From positions 1,632,001-1,696,000 of the forward strand of contig CBDFLJ010000001.1 of NCBI GenBank assembly GCA_965248835.1: a stretch of DNA of 64,000 nucleotides, written 5' to 3'. Origin of the DNA: Alphaproteobacteria bacterium. Its GTDB lineage: Bacteria > Pseudomonadota > Alphaproteobacteria > MPNO01. Below are positions 27,817-37,391 of the stretch, piece by piece. How positions within the stretch are numbered: position 1 is the stretch's first letter; every line of letters starts with the position of its first letter. Made by a program: the position numbers and the translations under genes. Below the pieces are notes generated by a model. It made no database searches. It was not told the DNA's origin and worked only from the letters and a program-made list of their open reading frames with translations.

Positions 27817-28602
27817 GTGCGCATCGCCACCTGGAACATCAATTCGGTCCGGCTTCGCCTGGAGCTTCTGGAAAGGGTCGCCCGCACGCTCGATGCCGAG
27901 GTGATCTGCCTCCAGGAGATCAAGGTCGAGACCGAGCACTTCCCGGGCGAGGCGATCGCAGCGATGGGTTATCCCCACCAGGTGGTCCAGGGCTTCAAGG
28001 GCTATAACGGCACCGCGATCGTCTCGCGCGTGCCGCTCCAGCCCGGCCCTCCGGTCGCGTGGTGCGGCCGGGACGATGGCCGGCACGCGGTCGCGCGCCT
28101 CGACGGCGGGGCGGAGATCCACTCGCTCTACATTCCTTCCGGCGGCGACGTGCCCGACCGGGAGCAGAACGACAAATTCGCCCACAAGCTCGATTTCCTG
28201 GCCGAGCTCGCGCGCTGGTGCGCCGCGAACAAGCCGGGACGCCGTATCTGGGCGGGCGACTTCAACATTGCCCCCCTGGAGACCGACGTCTGGTCCCACA
28301 AGCAGCTCTTGAGCGTGGTCAGCCACACGCCGATCGAGGTCGAAGGGCTGAGCCGGATACAGGAGGCCTGGGGCTGGAGCGATGCCGTCCGCCGGTTCAT
28401 CCCGCCCGAAGAGCAGCTATACACCTGGTGGAGCTACCGCAACCGCACCTGGCCCGGCAGCGACAGGGGGAGGCGGCTGGATCATATCTGGGTCACCCCG
28501 CTTCTCGCACCCAAGCTCATCGGCGCCCGGGTCCTGCGCGAAGCTCGCGGCTGGCCGGGCCCCTCGGACCACGTCCCCGTCGTGGTCGACATCGACCTGT
28601 AG
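27817..28602 (+). CDS. xth: exodeoxyribonuclease III
   Basis: ATWNINSV, CLQEIK, GDFNIAP, YTWWSYR, RLDHIW and SDHVPV motifs. Confidence 0.93.
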   Translation: MRIATWNINSVRLRLELLERVARTLDAEVICLQEIKVETEHFPGEAIAAMGYPHQVVQGFKGYNGTAIVSRVPLQPGPPVAWCGRDDGRHAVARLDGGAEIHSLYIPSGGDVPDREQNDKFAHKLDFLAELARWCAANKPGRRIWAGDFNIAPLETDVWSHKQLLSVVSHTPIEVEGLSRIQEAWGWSDAVRRFIPPEEQLYTWWSYRNRTWPGSDRGRRLDHIWVTPLLAPKLIGARVLREARGWPGPSDHVPVVVDIDL

Positions 28603-28626
28603 GATGGCGGCGCGGGACGGTCCGCC

Positions 28627-28646
28627 CTGTTCGGAACATGCGCTAG
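28627..28646 (+). repeat. 20-nt junction motif, copy A
   Basis: CTGTTCGGAACATGCGCTAG, identical to 56248-56267; contains TGTTC-G-GAACA palindrome; its CTA is the stop of the minus-strand gene. Confidence 0.8.
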
Positions 28647-29764
28647 CCCCCGGCGCTTCCGGCCGGCGCGCGCCGGGCGTTGTCCTCGCAGAACTTGCGC
28701 CAGGCGGTGATCGAGATGTCGGGCCGGAACAGCCGCTCCGGCGGGGTGTCCATCATGGCGACGATCGGCCCGTCTTCCCACCGGTTGAGCATGATGTGGT
28801 GGATGACGCGGATATAGCTCCAATAGCGCAGCCGCCAGATCAGCGCACCCGCACCGGAGGTGTGCTTGACCGAGACCTGAAGCGCCAAGTGGTTGTCGGC
28901 ATCGACCGGGACGAAGATCTGGAAATCCGTCCAGTCGTCGTGGCCGACCTGGAATATGCCCGGCAGCCGCGCATCGCCCAGGATGACCACGCCGACGCCG
29001 GCATTCTTCTTCGGCTTGCGGCCGCGCCAGCGCCAGAAATCCTGGCGCGGCCATTTGCCGAGCCGCGGATATTCCGCCGGCTCGAAGACCGGCGTGCTGT
29101 GCCGGCGAAGCCAGACGCCGTCTTCGCTGGGGACCATGCGGGTGTCGGTCTGGTAGCCGGGGAACCGGGTGAAGAAATAGAACGGCGTGTTGCGGTGCAG
29201 CGACTTGGCGTGCGATTCGTCGACCGCGTTCTCCATCGCGTAGCGCCAATTGCCCAAGCGCGGCTCGACCATCGGCTCGACCACGGCATCCGGGCGCAGC
29301 AGGGGCTCGGGGATGTCGACCTCGACCGGTGGATGGGGCGGATCGCCGACATAGACCCAGATCAGCCCGGCCCGCTCCTCGACCGGGTAGGTCGGGATGC
29401 GCACCGAAGACGCTCCGACAATCGGCGAGTCCGGCCCATCGGTCAGCGCCGCAACCAGATCGCCCGTGGCGAGGTCGTAGGTCCAGCCGTGATAGGGGCA
29501 GGTCAGCGTGCCCGGGAACTCGCAGCGCGCGATGGACAGCGGCACGCCGCGGTGGGCGCAGCGGTCGGTCAGCGCATGGACCTTGCCGCCGTCGCGGACC
29601 AGCACGATCTTCTCGTCCAGGACCTTGATCGCCTTCGGCCGCTTGCGCAGCTTCCGCGACTCGAGCACCGGGTACCAGTAATGCCGGAAGCCGGTGGCCG
29701 CCGCTTCATAGCGCGGCCAGCGCTGGTCGACGCTGCCTCCGGTGTTGCCGGGACGACCGTCCAT
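28643..29764 (-). CDS. Rieske non-heme iron oxygenase alpha subunit (CarAa/OxoO-like)
   Basis: WPRYEAAATGFRHYWYPV, Rieske CAHRG...CPYHGW, mononuclear Fe site NWRYAMENAVDESHAKSLH. Confidence 0.85.
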   Translation of the reverse strand: MDGRPGNTGGSVDQRWPRYEAAATGFRHYWYPVLESRKLRKRPKAIKVLDEKIVLVRDGGKVHALTDRCAHRGVPLSIARCEFPGTLTCPYHGWTYDLATGDLVAALTDGPDSPIVGASSVRIPTYPVEERAGLIWVYVGDPPHPPVEVDIPEPLLRPDAVVEPMVEPRLGNWRYAMENAVDESHAKSLHRNTPFYFFTRFPGYQTDTRMVPSEDGVWLRRHSTPVFEPAEYPRLGKWPRQDFWRWRGRKPKKNAGVGVVILGDARLPGIFQVGHDDWTDFQIFVPVDADNHLALQVSVKHTSGAGALIWRLRYWSYIRVIHHIMLNRWEDGPIVAMMDTPPERLFRPDISITAWRKFCEDNARRAPAGSAGG

Positions 29765-29865
29765 CCTTTGCCCTCACCGCCATCGGCCGCACCGAGCGTG
29801 ATGGAATTTTGCCCGACGCGCAACGCCCGGCATAATCCCGCGCGGGCGATGCGCGGGAGGGCGGC

Positions 29866-32232
29866 ATGACAGGGAGACCGGAGCGCGGCCAGGCGGACGG
29901 CGTGATCGGCCGGTCGATCCCCCGGCCCAACGCCCGCGGTCCGGCCGGCGGCCGGGGCCGCTACGTTGGCGACGTGGCTTTCGCCCGACTGCTCGAGGTG
30001 GCCTTCGTCCGCAGCCCGCACGCCCATGCGAGGATCGCCGCCATCGACAGCGCGGCTGCCGAGCGGCTGCCCGGCGTGGTCCGCGTCCTTGCCGGTGCGG
30101 AGCTTGCGGACCGCACCAGCCCGTGGCAGGGGCTGGCGGCGAACCTGCCCACCCTGCGCTCGGTGCCGCAATACGGCCTCGCGGTCGAGCGTGCGCGCTG
30201 GCAGGGCGAGCCCGTGGTCGCGATCGCCGCCCGCAGCCGCGCGGTGGCCGAGGACGCGGCCGAGCTGGTCAGGATCGACTGGGAACCCTTGCCGGTTCTC
30301 GCCGATGTCGAGACCGCGCTCGATGACGGTGCGCCGGTGCTTCATCCCGAGCTCGGCGACAACACCCTGTTCGAGCGTGCGGTCGACAACGGCGCGGTCG
30401 ATCAGGCCTTCGCCGCCGCTCATACGGTGGTCGAGGCCAGCTTTCGCTTCGGCCGCCACACCGGAGTCACGCTGGAGGCGCGGGTCCTCGTCGCCGACTT
30501 CGATCCCGCCGGCGGCATGCTCACGCTGCATTACGGCGGTCAGGCGCCACACATGTCACAGGTCCTGTTCGCTCGGCATCTCGGGCTCGAGGAACAGAAG
30601 GTCCGGGTGATCGCCCATGAGGTCGGCGGCTCCTACGGCATCAAGAGCCATTTTTACGGCGACGAGCTTGCCGTGGCGGCGCTGTCGGTGATCACCGGGC
30701 GGCCGGTCCGCTACTTCGCCGACCGCCTGGAATCATTCGTTTCGGATATCCATTTCCGCGATCACGCGGTCCGTGCGCGGATGGCGCTGGACGCCCAGGG
30801 CAGGATCACCGGGCTCGACGTCGACGACCTGATCGGCGCCGGCGCTTATTCGGCCTATCCGCGCACCAGCGCGTTGGAGGCGAACCAGGTCCTCAACCTT
30901 ACCGGCGGACCGTACCGCATCGCCAACTACCGCAACCGCGCCCGCGTGGTCTTTCAGAACAAGGTGCCGATCGCGCAGTACCGCGGTGTCGGCCACCCGA
31001 TCGCGGCGATGGTCGCCGAGGGGCTGATCGAGAAGGCGGCGCGGGCGCTGGAAATCGACATCTTCGACATCAGGCGGCGCAATTTCCATCCCTGCGACGG
31101 CGATCCGTCGACGACGCCGTCGGGCATCGGGCTGGTCGATCTTTCCTACAACGCCTGCCTGGACCGGCTGCGCGCGTTGATGGACTACGATGCGCTGTGC
31201 GCCGATCAGGCCGCACGCCGAAATGACGGGATCTGGCGCGGTATCGGCATCGCGGCCTTCATCAAGACGACCAACCCGCCGGTTCAGGCCTACGGCCCCG
31301 CCGGCGCACCGATCTCGGCCCAGGACGGCACCACCGTCCGGCTCGAGCCTTCGGGCGCGATCACCTGCCTGACCGGCGTGACCGAACAGGGCCAGGGGAC
31401 CGATACGGTGCTCGCCCAGATCGCGGCCGAGACCCTCGGCGTGCCGTTCGAATCGGTCCGGGTGGTAAACGGGGATACCGATTCCGCGCCCTATGGCGGC
31501 GGGACCTACGGCTCGCGCGGCGTCGGCATCGGCGGCGAGGCGACGCGGCTGGCCGCGGCGGCGCTGAACGAGGAGATCCGCGCGCTGGCCGGATCCTTGT
31601 TGCAACGCCAGGCAGCCGACCTCGAGATCGCGGGCGGCGTGATCCGCGAACGTTCCGACGGCACCGCGCGGATGACGCTCGCCGAGCTCGGCCAAATCGC
31701 CTTCTTCCGCTCCTTCGAGCTGCCCGAGGGCGTCTATCCCGCGCTCACCCAGACCCGCCGGTTCATGGTGCGCGAGAACGTGTTCACCAACGGCGTCCAC
31801 GGCGCCCATGTCGAGCTCGACTCCGAAATCGGGACGATCCGCGTGCTGGGCTACTGGGCGGTCGATGACGTGGGCGTGCGGATCAACCCGCTGCTGGTCG
31901 ACGAGCAGGCCCGCGGCGCCATCGTCCAGGGTTTCGGCGATGCGCTCTACGAGCACACGCTCTATGACGATGCGGGTCAGCTCCTCAACGGGACGATGGT
32001 CGACTACCTGGTGCCGATGGCGGCCGAGCTGCCCGACATCGTGCTCGACCATGTCGAGACGCCGTCCTCGCACTCCGGGCTCGGCGCCAAGGGGGCCGGG
32101 GAGTCCGGCACCGCGGGCGCGCCGGCGACGATCTTCAATGCCGTCAACGACGCGCTGGCGCCGTCCGGCGCTGCGGTCGCTGCACTGCCGATCACGCCCG
32201 AGGCGGTGCTCGCCGCGCTCGGCCGGGTCTGA
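29866..32232 (+). CDS. Mo-hydroxylase large subunit (CoxL/QorL-like, YRGVG loop)
   Basis: VGGSYGIK, AQYRGVGHP, EQGQG, GGGTYGSR and GAKGAGESG motifs. Confidence 0.9.
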   Translation: MTGRPERGQADGVIGRSIPRPNARGPAGGRGRYVGDVAFARLLEVAFVRSPHAHARIAAIDSAAAERLPGVVRVLAGAELADRTSPWQGLAANLPTLRSVPQYGLAVERARWQGEPVVAIAARSRAVAEDAAELVRIDWEPLPVLADVETALDDGAPVLHPELGDNTLFERAVDNGAVDQAFAAAHTVVEASFRFGRHTGVTLEARVLVADFDPAGGMLTLHYGGQAPHMSQVLFARHLGLEEQKVRVIAHEVGGSYGIKSHFYGDELAVAALSVITGRPVRYFADRLESFVSDIHFRDHAVRARMALDAQGRITGLDVDDLIGAGAYSAYPRTSALEANQVLNLTGGPYRIANYRNRARVVFQNKVPIAQYRGVGHPIAAMVAEGLIEKAARALEIDIFDIRRRNFHPCDGDPSTTPSGIGLVDLSYNACLDRLRALMDYDALCADQAARRNDGIWRGIGIAAFIKTTNPPVQAYGPAGAPISAQDGTTVRLEPSGAITCLTGVTEQGQGTDTVLAQIAAETLGVPFESVRVVNGDTDSAPYGGGTYGSRGVGIGGEATRLAAAALNEEIRALAGSLLQRQAADLEIAGGVIRERSDGTARMTLAELGQIAFFRSFELPEGVYPALTQTRRFMVRENVFTNGVHGAHVELDSEIGTIRVLGYWAVDDVGVRINPLLVDEQARGAIVQGFGDALYEHTLYDDAGQLLNGTMVDYLVPMAAELPDIVLDHVETPSSHSGLGAKGAGESGTAGAPATIFNAVNDALAPSGAAVAALPITPEAVLAALGRV

Positions 32233-32301
32233 CGCACCGGCCGTCGACGGCTTTGCCAACCCGCCGGGCAGAGGGCAGTTGAGAGCAGAGGGCACCAAGC
32301 C

Positions 32302-34629
32302 ATGGGCGCGTTTGCAGTTGGTCAGCCGGTCTCACGCAGCGAGGATCCGCGGCTTCTGAAGGGGTTCGGCCGGTATATCGACGACATCAGCCTGCCCCGC
32401 CAGGCCTATGCCGCCATCGTGCGCTCGCCGCATGCCCACGCCCGGATCCGTGCGGTCGACACAGCATCGGCGCGCGCCGTGCCGGGAGTCCTGTGCGTCC
32501 TGACCGGGGCGGACTGCGCCGCGGACGGGCTCGGCGACCTGCCGTGCGATCAGGCCCGGTTGCGCCGCGACGGCGCGGACATGTACCGCCCGCCGCGCCC
32601 TATCCTGGTGCGCGATAGGGTGCGGCTGGTCGGCGACTATGTCGCGATGGTCGTCGCCGAGACCGCTGCGGGCGCGCGCGATGCGGCCGAGCTTGTGGCG
32701 GTCGACTACGAGCCGCTGCCGGCGGTCACCGACGCGGCCGAGGCGGCCGCTGCAGATGCGCCGCGGCTCTGGGACGACTGCCCCGGCAACGAGTGCTTCT
32801 ACCACGAGGACGGTGATCGCGCGGCGGTCGATGCGGCTCTGGAAAAGGCCGCCTGCGTGGTCTCGCGCCGCTTTACGATCAGTCGGGTGACCGCGGCCCC
32901 GATGGGCCCGCGCGGCTGCATCGGCGATTATGACGCGGCCGAGGACCGCTACACGCTCTACACCGGCGTCCAGCAGGCGCATATGTTGCGCACGCAGCTC
33001 GCTGCGACCGTCTTCAAGCTGCCGGAGACCCGCTTCCGGGTGATCGCACCCGACATCGGCGGCAGCTTCGGGCTCTACAGCAACGTCTATCCGGAAAACG
33101 CGCTGGTGCTGTGGGCGTCCAGGCGCTGCGGCCGGCCGGTCAAATGGATCGCCGAGCGTTCCGAGTGCATGCTGAGCGACGATTCGGCGCGCGACAACGT
33201 CTCCCAGGCGTCGCTGGCGCTGGATGAGGACGGCAGGTTTCTTGCGCTGCGCTGCGAGACCTACGCCAATCTCGGGGCCTATCTGTCGCTGCGCGGCCCG
33301 CTGCCGCCGATCGTCAACCTGGGCTCGCTGGCGGGTACCTACACCACGCCGGCGATCCATGTCCGGGTGGCCGGCATGTTCACCAACACCAACTGCACGT
33401 CGCCCTATCGCGGCGCCGGCCGACCGGAAGCCTCAACCGTCCTCGAACAGCTCGTCGACGAGGCGGCGCGCCGGCTTGGGATGGACGCAGCCGAGATCCG
33501 CAGGCGGAACACCATCCCGGCCGATGCCATGCCGTACAAGACCGCGCTCACCTTCACCTACGATTGCGGCGACTTCGGGAAGAACCTAGACGATGCGCTG
33601 CGGCTTGCCCTATACGCCGGCTTCGAGGAACGCCGCGCGGCGGCCAGGGCGCGCGGGCGGCTCCGCGGCATCGGCATGTCGAACACCGTCCACCGCGCCT
33701 CCGGGCTCGAGCTCGAGGCCGCCCAGATTCGGTTCGATACGACGGGCAGCGCGACCTTGATGGTCGGCTCGGTCCATCACGGCCAGGGCCACGCGACGAC
33801 CTTTACCCAGATCGTCTGCGACCGGCTCGGGCTGGCGCCGGACAAGGTGCGATTCGTCGCCGGCGACACCGACATGGTGAGCTTCGGACGCGGCTCGTTC
33901 GCCTCGCGCTCGGCGGCGCTCGGCGGCTCGGCGGTCTGGCTCGCCGCCGACAAGATCATCGACAAGGCGCGTCGGATCGCGGCCCATCTGCTCGAATCGG
34001 CCGAGGCCGACCTCGACTTCGCCGAGGGGCGATTCGCGATTGCCGGCACCGACCGCGGGCTCGACCTGGTCGAGGTGGCGAAGGCCGCCTACCAGCCGCG
34101 CCTGCTCGGCGGCGGGATCGAGCCCGGGCTCGACGAGATCGCCATGTTCGTGCCCGGCGCGCTCAACTTCCCCAACGGCTGTCATATCACCGAGATCGAG
34201 ATCGACCCCGACACCGGCACGGTCGAGATCATCGGCTACGCGGTCGTCGAGGACTTCGGCACGATTCTCAACCCGCTGCTGCTGGAAGGGCAGATCCACG
34301 GCGGGCTCGCCCAGGGGATCGGCCAGGCGTTGATGGAGGATGTCGCCTTCGACCGTCGGACGGGCCAGCTCCTCGCCGGCTCGTTCATGGACTATTGCAT
34401 GCCGCGCGCCGACGACCTGGTGTGCTTCGTCTCCGCGTTCAACGCCGTGCCGACCGCGACCAACCCGGTCGGGGCCAAGGGCGCAGGCGAGGCCGGCGCG
34501 GTCGGCGCACTGCCGGCGATGATGAACGCGCTGGTCGATGCGTTGGCCCCGCTGGGCGTCGAGCACATCCAGATGCCGGCCACGCCGGAGCGGATCTGGC
34601 GCGCGATCCGGGACGCGCAGACGGGGTAA
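32302..34629 (+). CDS. Mo-hydroxylase large subunit (form II CoxL-like, YRGAGR loop)
   Basis: SEDPRLLKG, IGGSFG, SPYRGAGRPEA, HGQGHAT and GAKGAGEAG motifs. Confidence 0.9.
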   Translation: MGAFAVGQPVSRSEDPRLLKGFGRYIDDISLPRQAYAAIVRSPHAHARIRAVDTASARAVPGVLCVLTGADCAADGLGDLPCDQARLRRDGADMYRPPRPILVRDRVRLVGDYVAMVVAETAAGARDAAELVAVDYEPLPAVTDAAEAAAADAPRLWDDCPGNECFYHEDGDRAAVDAALEKAACVVSRRFTISRVTAAPMGPRGCIGDYDAAEDRYTLYTGVQQAHMLRTQLAATVFKLPETRFRVIAPDIGGSFGLYSNVYPENALVLWASRRCGRPVKWIAERSECMLSDDSARDNVSQASLALDEDGRFLALRCETYANLGAYLSLRGPLPPIVNLGSLAGTYTTPAIHVRVAGMFTNTNCTSPYRGAGRPEASTVLEQLVDEAARRLGMDAAEIRRRNTIPADAMPYKTALTFTYDCGDFGKNLDDALRLALYAGFEERRAAARARGRLRGIGMSNTVHRASGLELEAAQIRFDTTGSATLMVGSVHHGQGHATTFTQIVCDRLGLAPDKVRFVAGDTDMVSFGRGSFASRSAALGGSAVWLAADKIIDKARRIAAHLLESAEADLDFAEGRFAIAGTDRGLDLVEVAKAAYQPRLLGGGIEPGLDEIAMFVPGALNFPNGCHITEIEIDPDTGTVEIIGYAVVEDFGTILNPLLLEGQIHGGLAQGIGQALMEDVAFDRRTGQLLAGSFMDYCMPRADDLVCFVSAFNAVPTATNPVGAKGAGEAGAVGALPAMMNALVDALAPLGVEHIQMPATPERIWRAIRDAQTG

Positions 34630-34702
34630 GACTCCGCACGATTATGCCGGCCCAGGCGCCCGAGCGTTGCCGCCGCGGTGTGTCATCCTCGTACTGTGGC
34701 GG

Positions 34703-36334
34703 CTATGTCGCGACCGCGTCGGTGTCCACTGCCTCGATATTGAAGGCTGCCGCGATCAGGGCGCTCGTGTAGGGCTCGGCCGGCGCTTCGAAAATCCGCG
34801 CGGCGGGGCCCTGCTCGACCACTTGGCCGGCCCGCATGACGATGACCTCATCGGCCAGCGCGCGCACGACCTTGAGGTCGTGGCTGATGAACAGGTAGGC
34901 GAGCTTGTGACGGTCCTGCAGCGCGCGCAGGAGATCGACGATCTGCGCCTGGACCGACATGTCCAGCGCGGACGTCGGCTCGTCGAGCACGATGAAGCGC
35001 GGCTTGAGCGCGATCGCGCGCGCGATTGCGATGCGCTGGCGTTGCCCGCCGGAGAACTCGTGGGGGTAACGGTCCTGGGAGTCGGGATCGAGCCCGACCT
35101 CGCGCAAGGCATCGGCGATCCTGTCGCGGCGGGTTCGCGGTTCGCCCGCCATGCCGTGGACCAGAAGCCCCTCTTCGATGATCTGGCCGACCGACAGCCG
35201 CGGGCTGAGCGAGCTGTAGGGGTCCTGGAAGACGATCTGCATCTGGCTTCGCAGCGGGCGCAGGTCGGACCAGCCCAAGTCCTGGATATTCGCGCCCGCG
35301 AACCGGATCGGGCCCTGGCTGCGTTCCAGCCGCAGCAACCCCATGGCAAGCGTCGTCTTGCCCGAGCCGCTCTCGCCGACGACGCCCACGGTCCGGCCCT
35401 CGCGGACCGAGACGGTGACCCCGTCGACCGCCTTGATGTGGCCGACCACCCGGCGCAGAACCCCGCGTTTGACGGGGAACCAGACCTTCAGGCCGTCGGC
35501 GGCCATGATTTCGGGCGCGGCGTCCTGCGCGGCGATCGGGCGGCCCTTCGGCTCGGCAGCCAACAGATGGCGGGTATAGGCGTGCTGCGGCGCATCGAAG
35601 ATCGCCGCGGTCGGACCGGTCTCGACGATCTCGCCCCCGGTCATCACCGCGACCCGGTGGGCGATCTTGCGCACGATGCCGAGGTCGTGGGTGATCAGCA
35701 GCATCGACATGCCGAGTTCGGCTTGGAGGTCGGCGAGCAGCCGCAGGATCTGCGCCTGGATGGTCACATCCAACGCCGTCGTCGGCTCGTCGGCGATCAG
35801 CAGCTCCGGGTCGTTCGCCAGCGCCATTGCGATCATCACCCGCTGGCGCTGGCCGCCCGAGAGCTGGTGGGGATAGGCCTTGAGCCGGCTCTCCGCCTCG
35901 GGCAGGCCAACTTGTTCGAGCAGCGCCAGGATGCGGTCCCTGGCATCGGCCCGGTTGAGCCCCTTGTGGACCTTGAGGATCTCGCCGATCTGCTTGTCGA
36001 TGGTGTGCAGCGGGTTGAGCGAGGTCATCGGCTCCTGGAAGATCATCGTGACCTTGTTGCCGCGCACCGCGCGCAGGGCGGTCGGATCGGCGTCGAGCAG
36101 CTCGGTTTCGGCGAGCCGGATGGACCCGCTCGGGTGATGCGCCTGCGGATAGGGCAGCAGACGAAGAACCGACAGTGCGGAGACCGATTTCCCCGAGCCG
36201 CTTTCGCCGACCAGCGCGAACGTCTCGCCGCGGCGGATCGAAAACGAGATGTTGCGCACCGCCTGCACCTCGCCGGCGCCGCGGCCGAAGGAGACCGAAA
36301 GGTCCTCGACGCTCAGGATCGGCGCTTCACCCAT
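34703..36334 (-). CDS. yejF: ABC transporter double-NBD ATPase (YejF)
   Basis: two Walker A ([16 protein letters not shown]) and two signature motifs. Confidence 0.9.
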   Translation of the reverse strand: MGEAPILSVEDLSVSFGRGAGEVQAVRNISFSIRRGETFALVGESGSGKSVSALSVLRLLPYPQAHHPSGSIRLAETELLDADPTALRAVRGNKVTMIFQEPMTSLNPLHTIDKQIGEILKVHKGLNRADARDRILALLEQVGLPEAESRLKAYPHQLSGGQRQRVMIAMALANDPELLIADEPTTALDVTIQAQILRLLADLQAELGMSMLLITHDLGIVRKIAHRVAVMTGGEIVETGPTAAIFDAPQHAYTRHLLAAEPKGRPIAAQDAAPEIMAADGLKVWFPVKRGVLRRVVGHIKAVDGVTVSVREGRTVGVVGESGSGKTTLAMGLLRLERSQGPIRFAGANIQDLGWSDLRPLRSQMQIVFQDPYSSLSPRLSVGQIIEEGLLVHGMAGEPRTRRDRIADALREVGLDPDSQDRYPHEFSGGQRQRIAIARAIALKPRFIVLDEPTSALDMSVQAQIVDLLRALQDRHKLAYLFISHDLKVVRALADEVIVMRAGQVVEQGPAARIFEAPAEPYTSALIAAAFNIEAVDTDAVAT

Positions 36335-37391
36335 CGAACGTCTTTCTCGGGTCAAGCGCGTCGCGCACGCCTTCGCCGATGAAGATCAGCAGAGACAGGG
36401 TGAGGACGATCGTCACCGAAGCGGTGATCGCCAGCCACGGCGCCTGCAGGTTCGCCTTGCCCTGGGCCAGCAGCTCGCCCAGCGAGGGCGAGCCCGGCGG
36501 CAGGCCGAAGCCCAGGAAGTCGAGCGCCGTCAGGCTAGTGATCGAGCCCGTCAGGATCAGCGGCAGAAACGTCAGCGTCGCCACCATCGCATTGGGCAGT
36601 ACGTGGCGCCGGATGATGGTGATGTTGTCCACGCCCAGCGCCCTCGCCGCACGCACATAGTCGAAGTTGCGGGCGCGCAGGAACTCCGCCCGCACGACCC
36701 CTTCGAGCGCGGTCCAGCCGAACAGCAGCATGATGCCCAGCAGCCACCAGAAATTAGGCGTGACCAGACTCGCCAGGATGATCAGCAGAAACAGCACCGG
36801 CAGACCCTGCCAGACCTCGATGAAGCGCTGGGTGCCGAGATCGATCCAGCCGCCGAAATAGCCCTGGACGGCGCCGACGGCGATGCCGATGAGCGAGCCG
36901 AAAAAGGTCAGCGTGATGCCGAACAGGACCGAGATTCGGAAGCCGTAGATCGTCCGCGCCAGCACGTCGCGTGCCTGGTCGTCGCTGCCGAGCCAGTTGT
37001 CGTGACTCGGTGGTGCGGGCGCGGGCACCTGGAGGTCGTAATTGACGGTGCGGTAGCTGTAGGGGATCAGCGGCCACACCATCCAGCCGTCCTTGCCGCG
37101 GATCAACTCCTGGACGTCGGGCTCGCGGTACTCCGCCTCGGTCTGAAAATCGCCGCCGAAGAAGGTCTCGGGGTAGGTGATGAAGACCGGGAAATAATAT
37201 CCGCCGTCGTAGCCGATCAGCAGCGGCTTGTCGTTGGCGATGAACTCCGCCGGCAGGGTGATGACGAACAGCGCCAGGAACAGCCAGGCCGAGACGCGGG
37301 CGCGCCGGTTGTTGCGGAAATTGCGCAGCCGCCGCCGGTTGAGCGGGGAAAGCCGCAGACCCGCAATCCGATCGGCACCCGGCTCACGCAC
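36327..37391 (-). CDS. yejE: oligopeptide/microcin C ABC permease YejE
   Basis: LSPLNRRR, AEFIANDKPL, LGSDDQARDV and RAEFLRAR; GTG start overlapping the yejB stop. Confidence 0.9.
   Translation of the reverse strand: MREPGADRIAGLRLSPLNRRRLRNFRNNRRARVSAWLFLALFVITLPAEFIANDKPLLIGYDGGYYFPVFITYPETFFGGDFQTEAEYREPDVQELIRGKDGWMVWPLIPYSYRTVNYDLQVPAPAPPSHDNWLGSDDQARDVLARTIYGFRISVLFGITLTFFGSLIGIAVGAVQGYFGGWIDLGTQRFIEVWQGLPVLFLLIILASLVTPNFWWLLGIMLLFGWTALEGVVRAEFLRARNFDYVRAARALGVDNITIIRRHVLPNAMVATLTFLPLILTGSITSLTALDFLGFGLPPGSPSLGELLAQGKANLQAPWLAITASVTIVLTLSLLIFIGEGVRDALDPRKTFDG

Noticed and set aside
28627-28646. Junction motif as a LexA box or CRISPR repeat
   Set aside because: GTTC-G-GAAC spacing fits neither GTTC-N7-GTTC nor GAAC-N4-GTTC; copies are kilobases apart with no spacers or cas genes
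32302-34629. True aerobic CO dehydrogenase (form I CoxL)
   Set aside because: Loop is PYRGAGR, not AYXCSFR; no coxM or coxDEFG; only a form II-like Mo hydroxylase is supported
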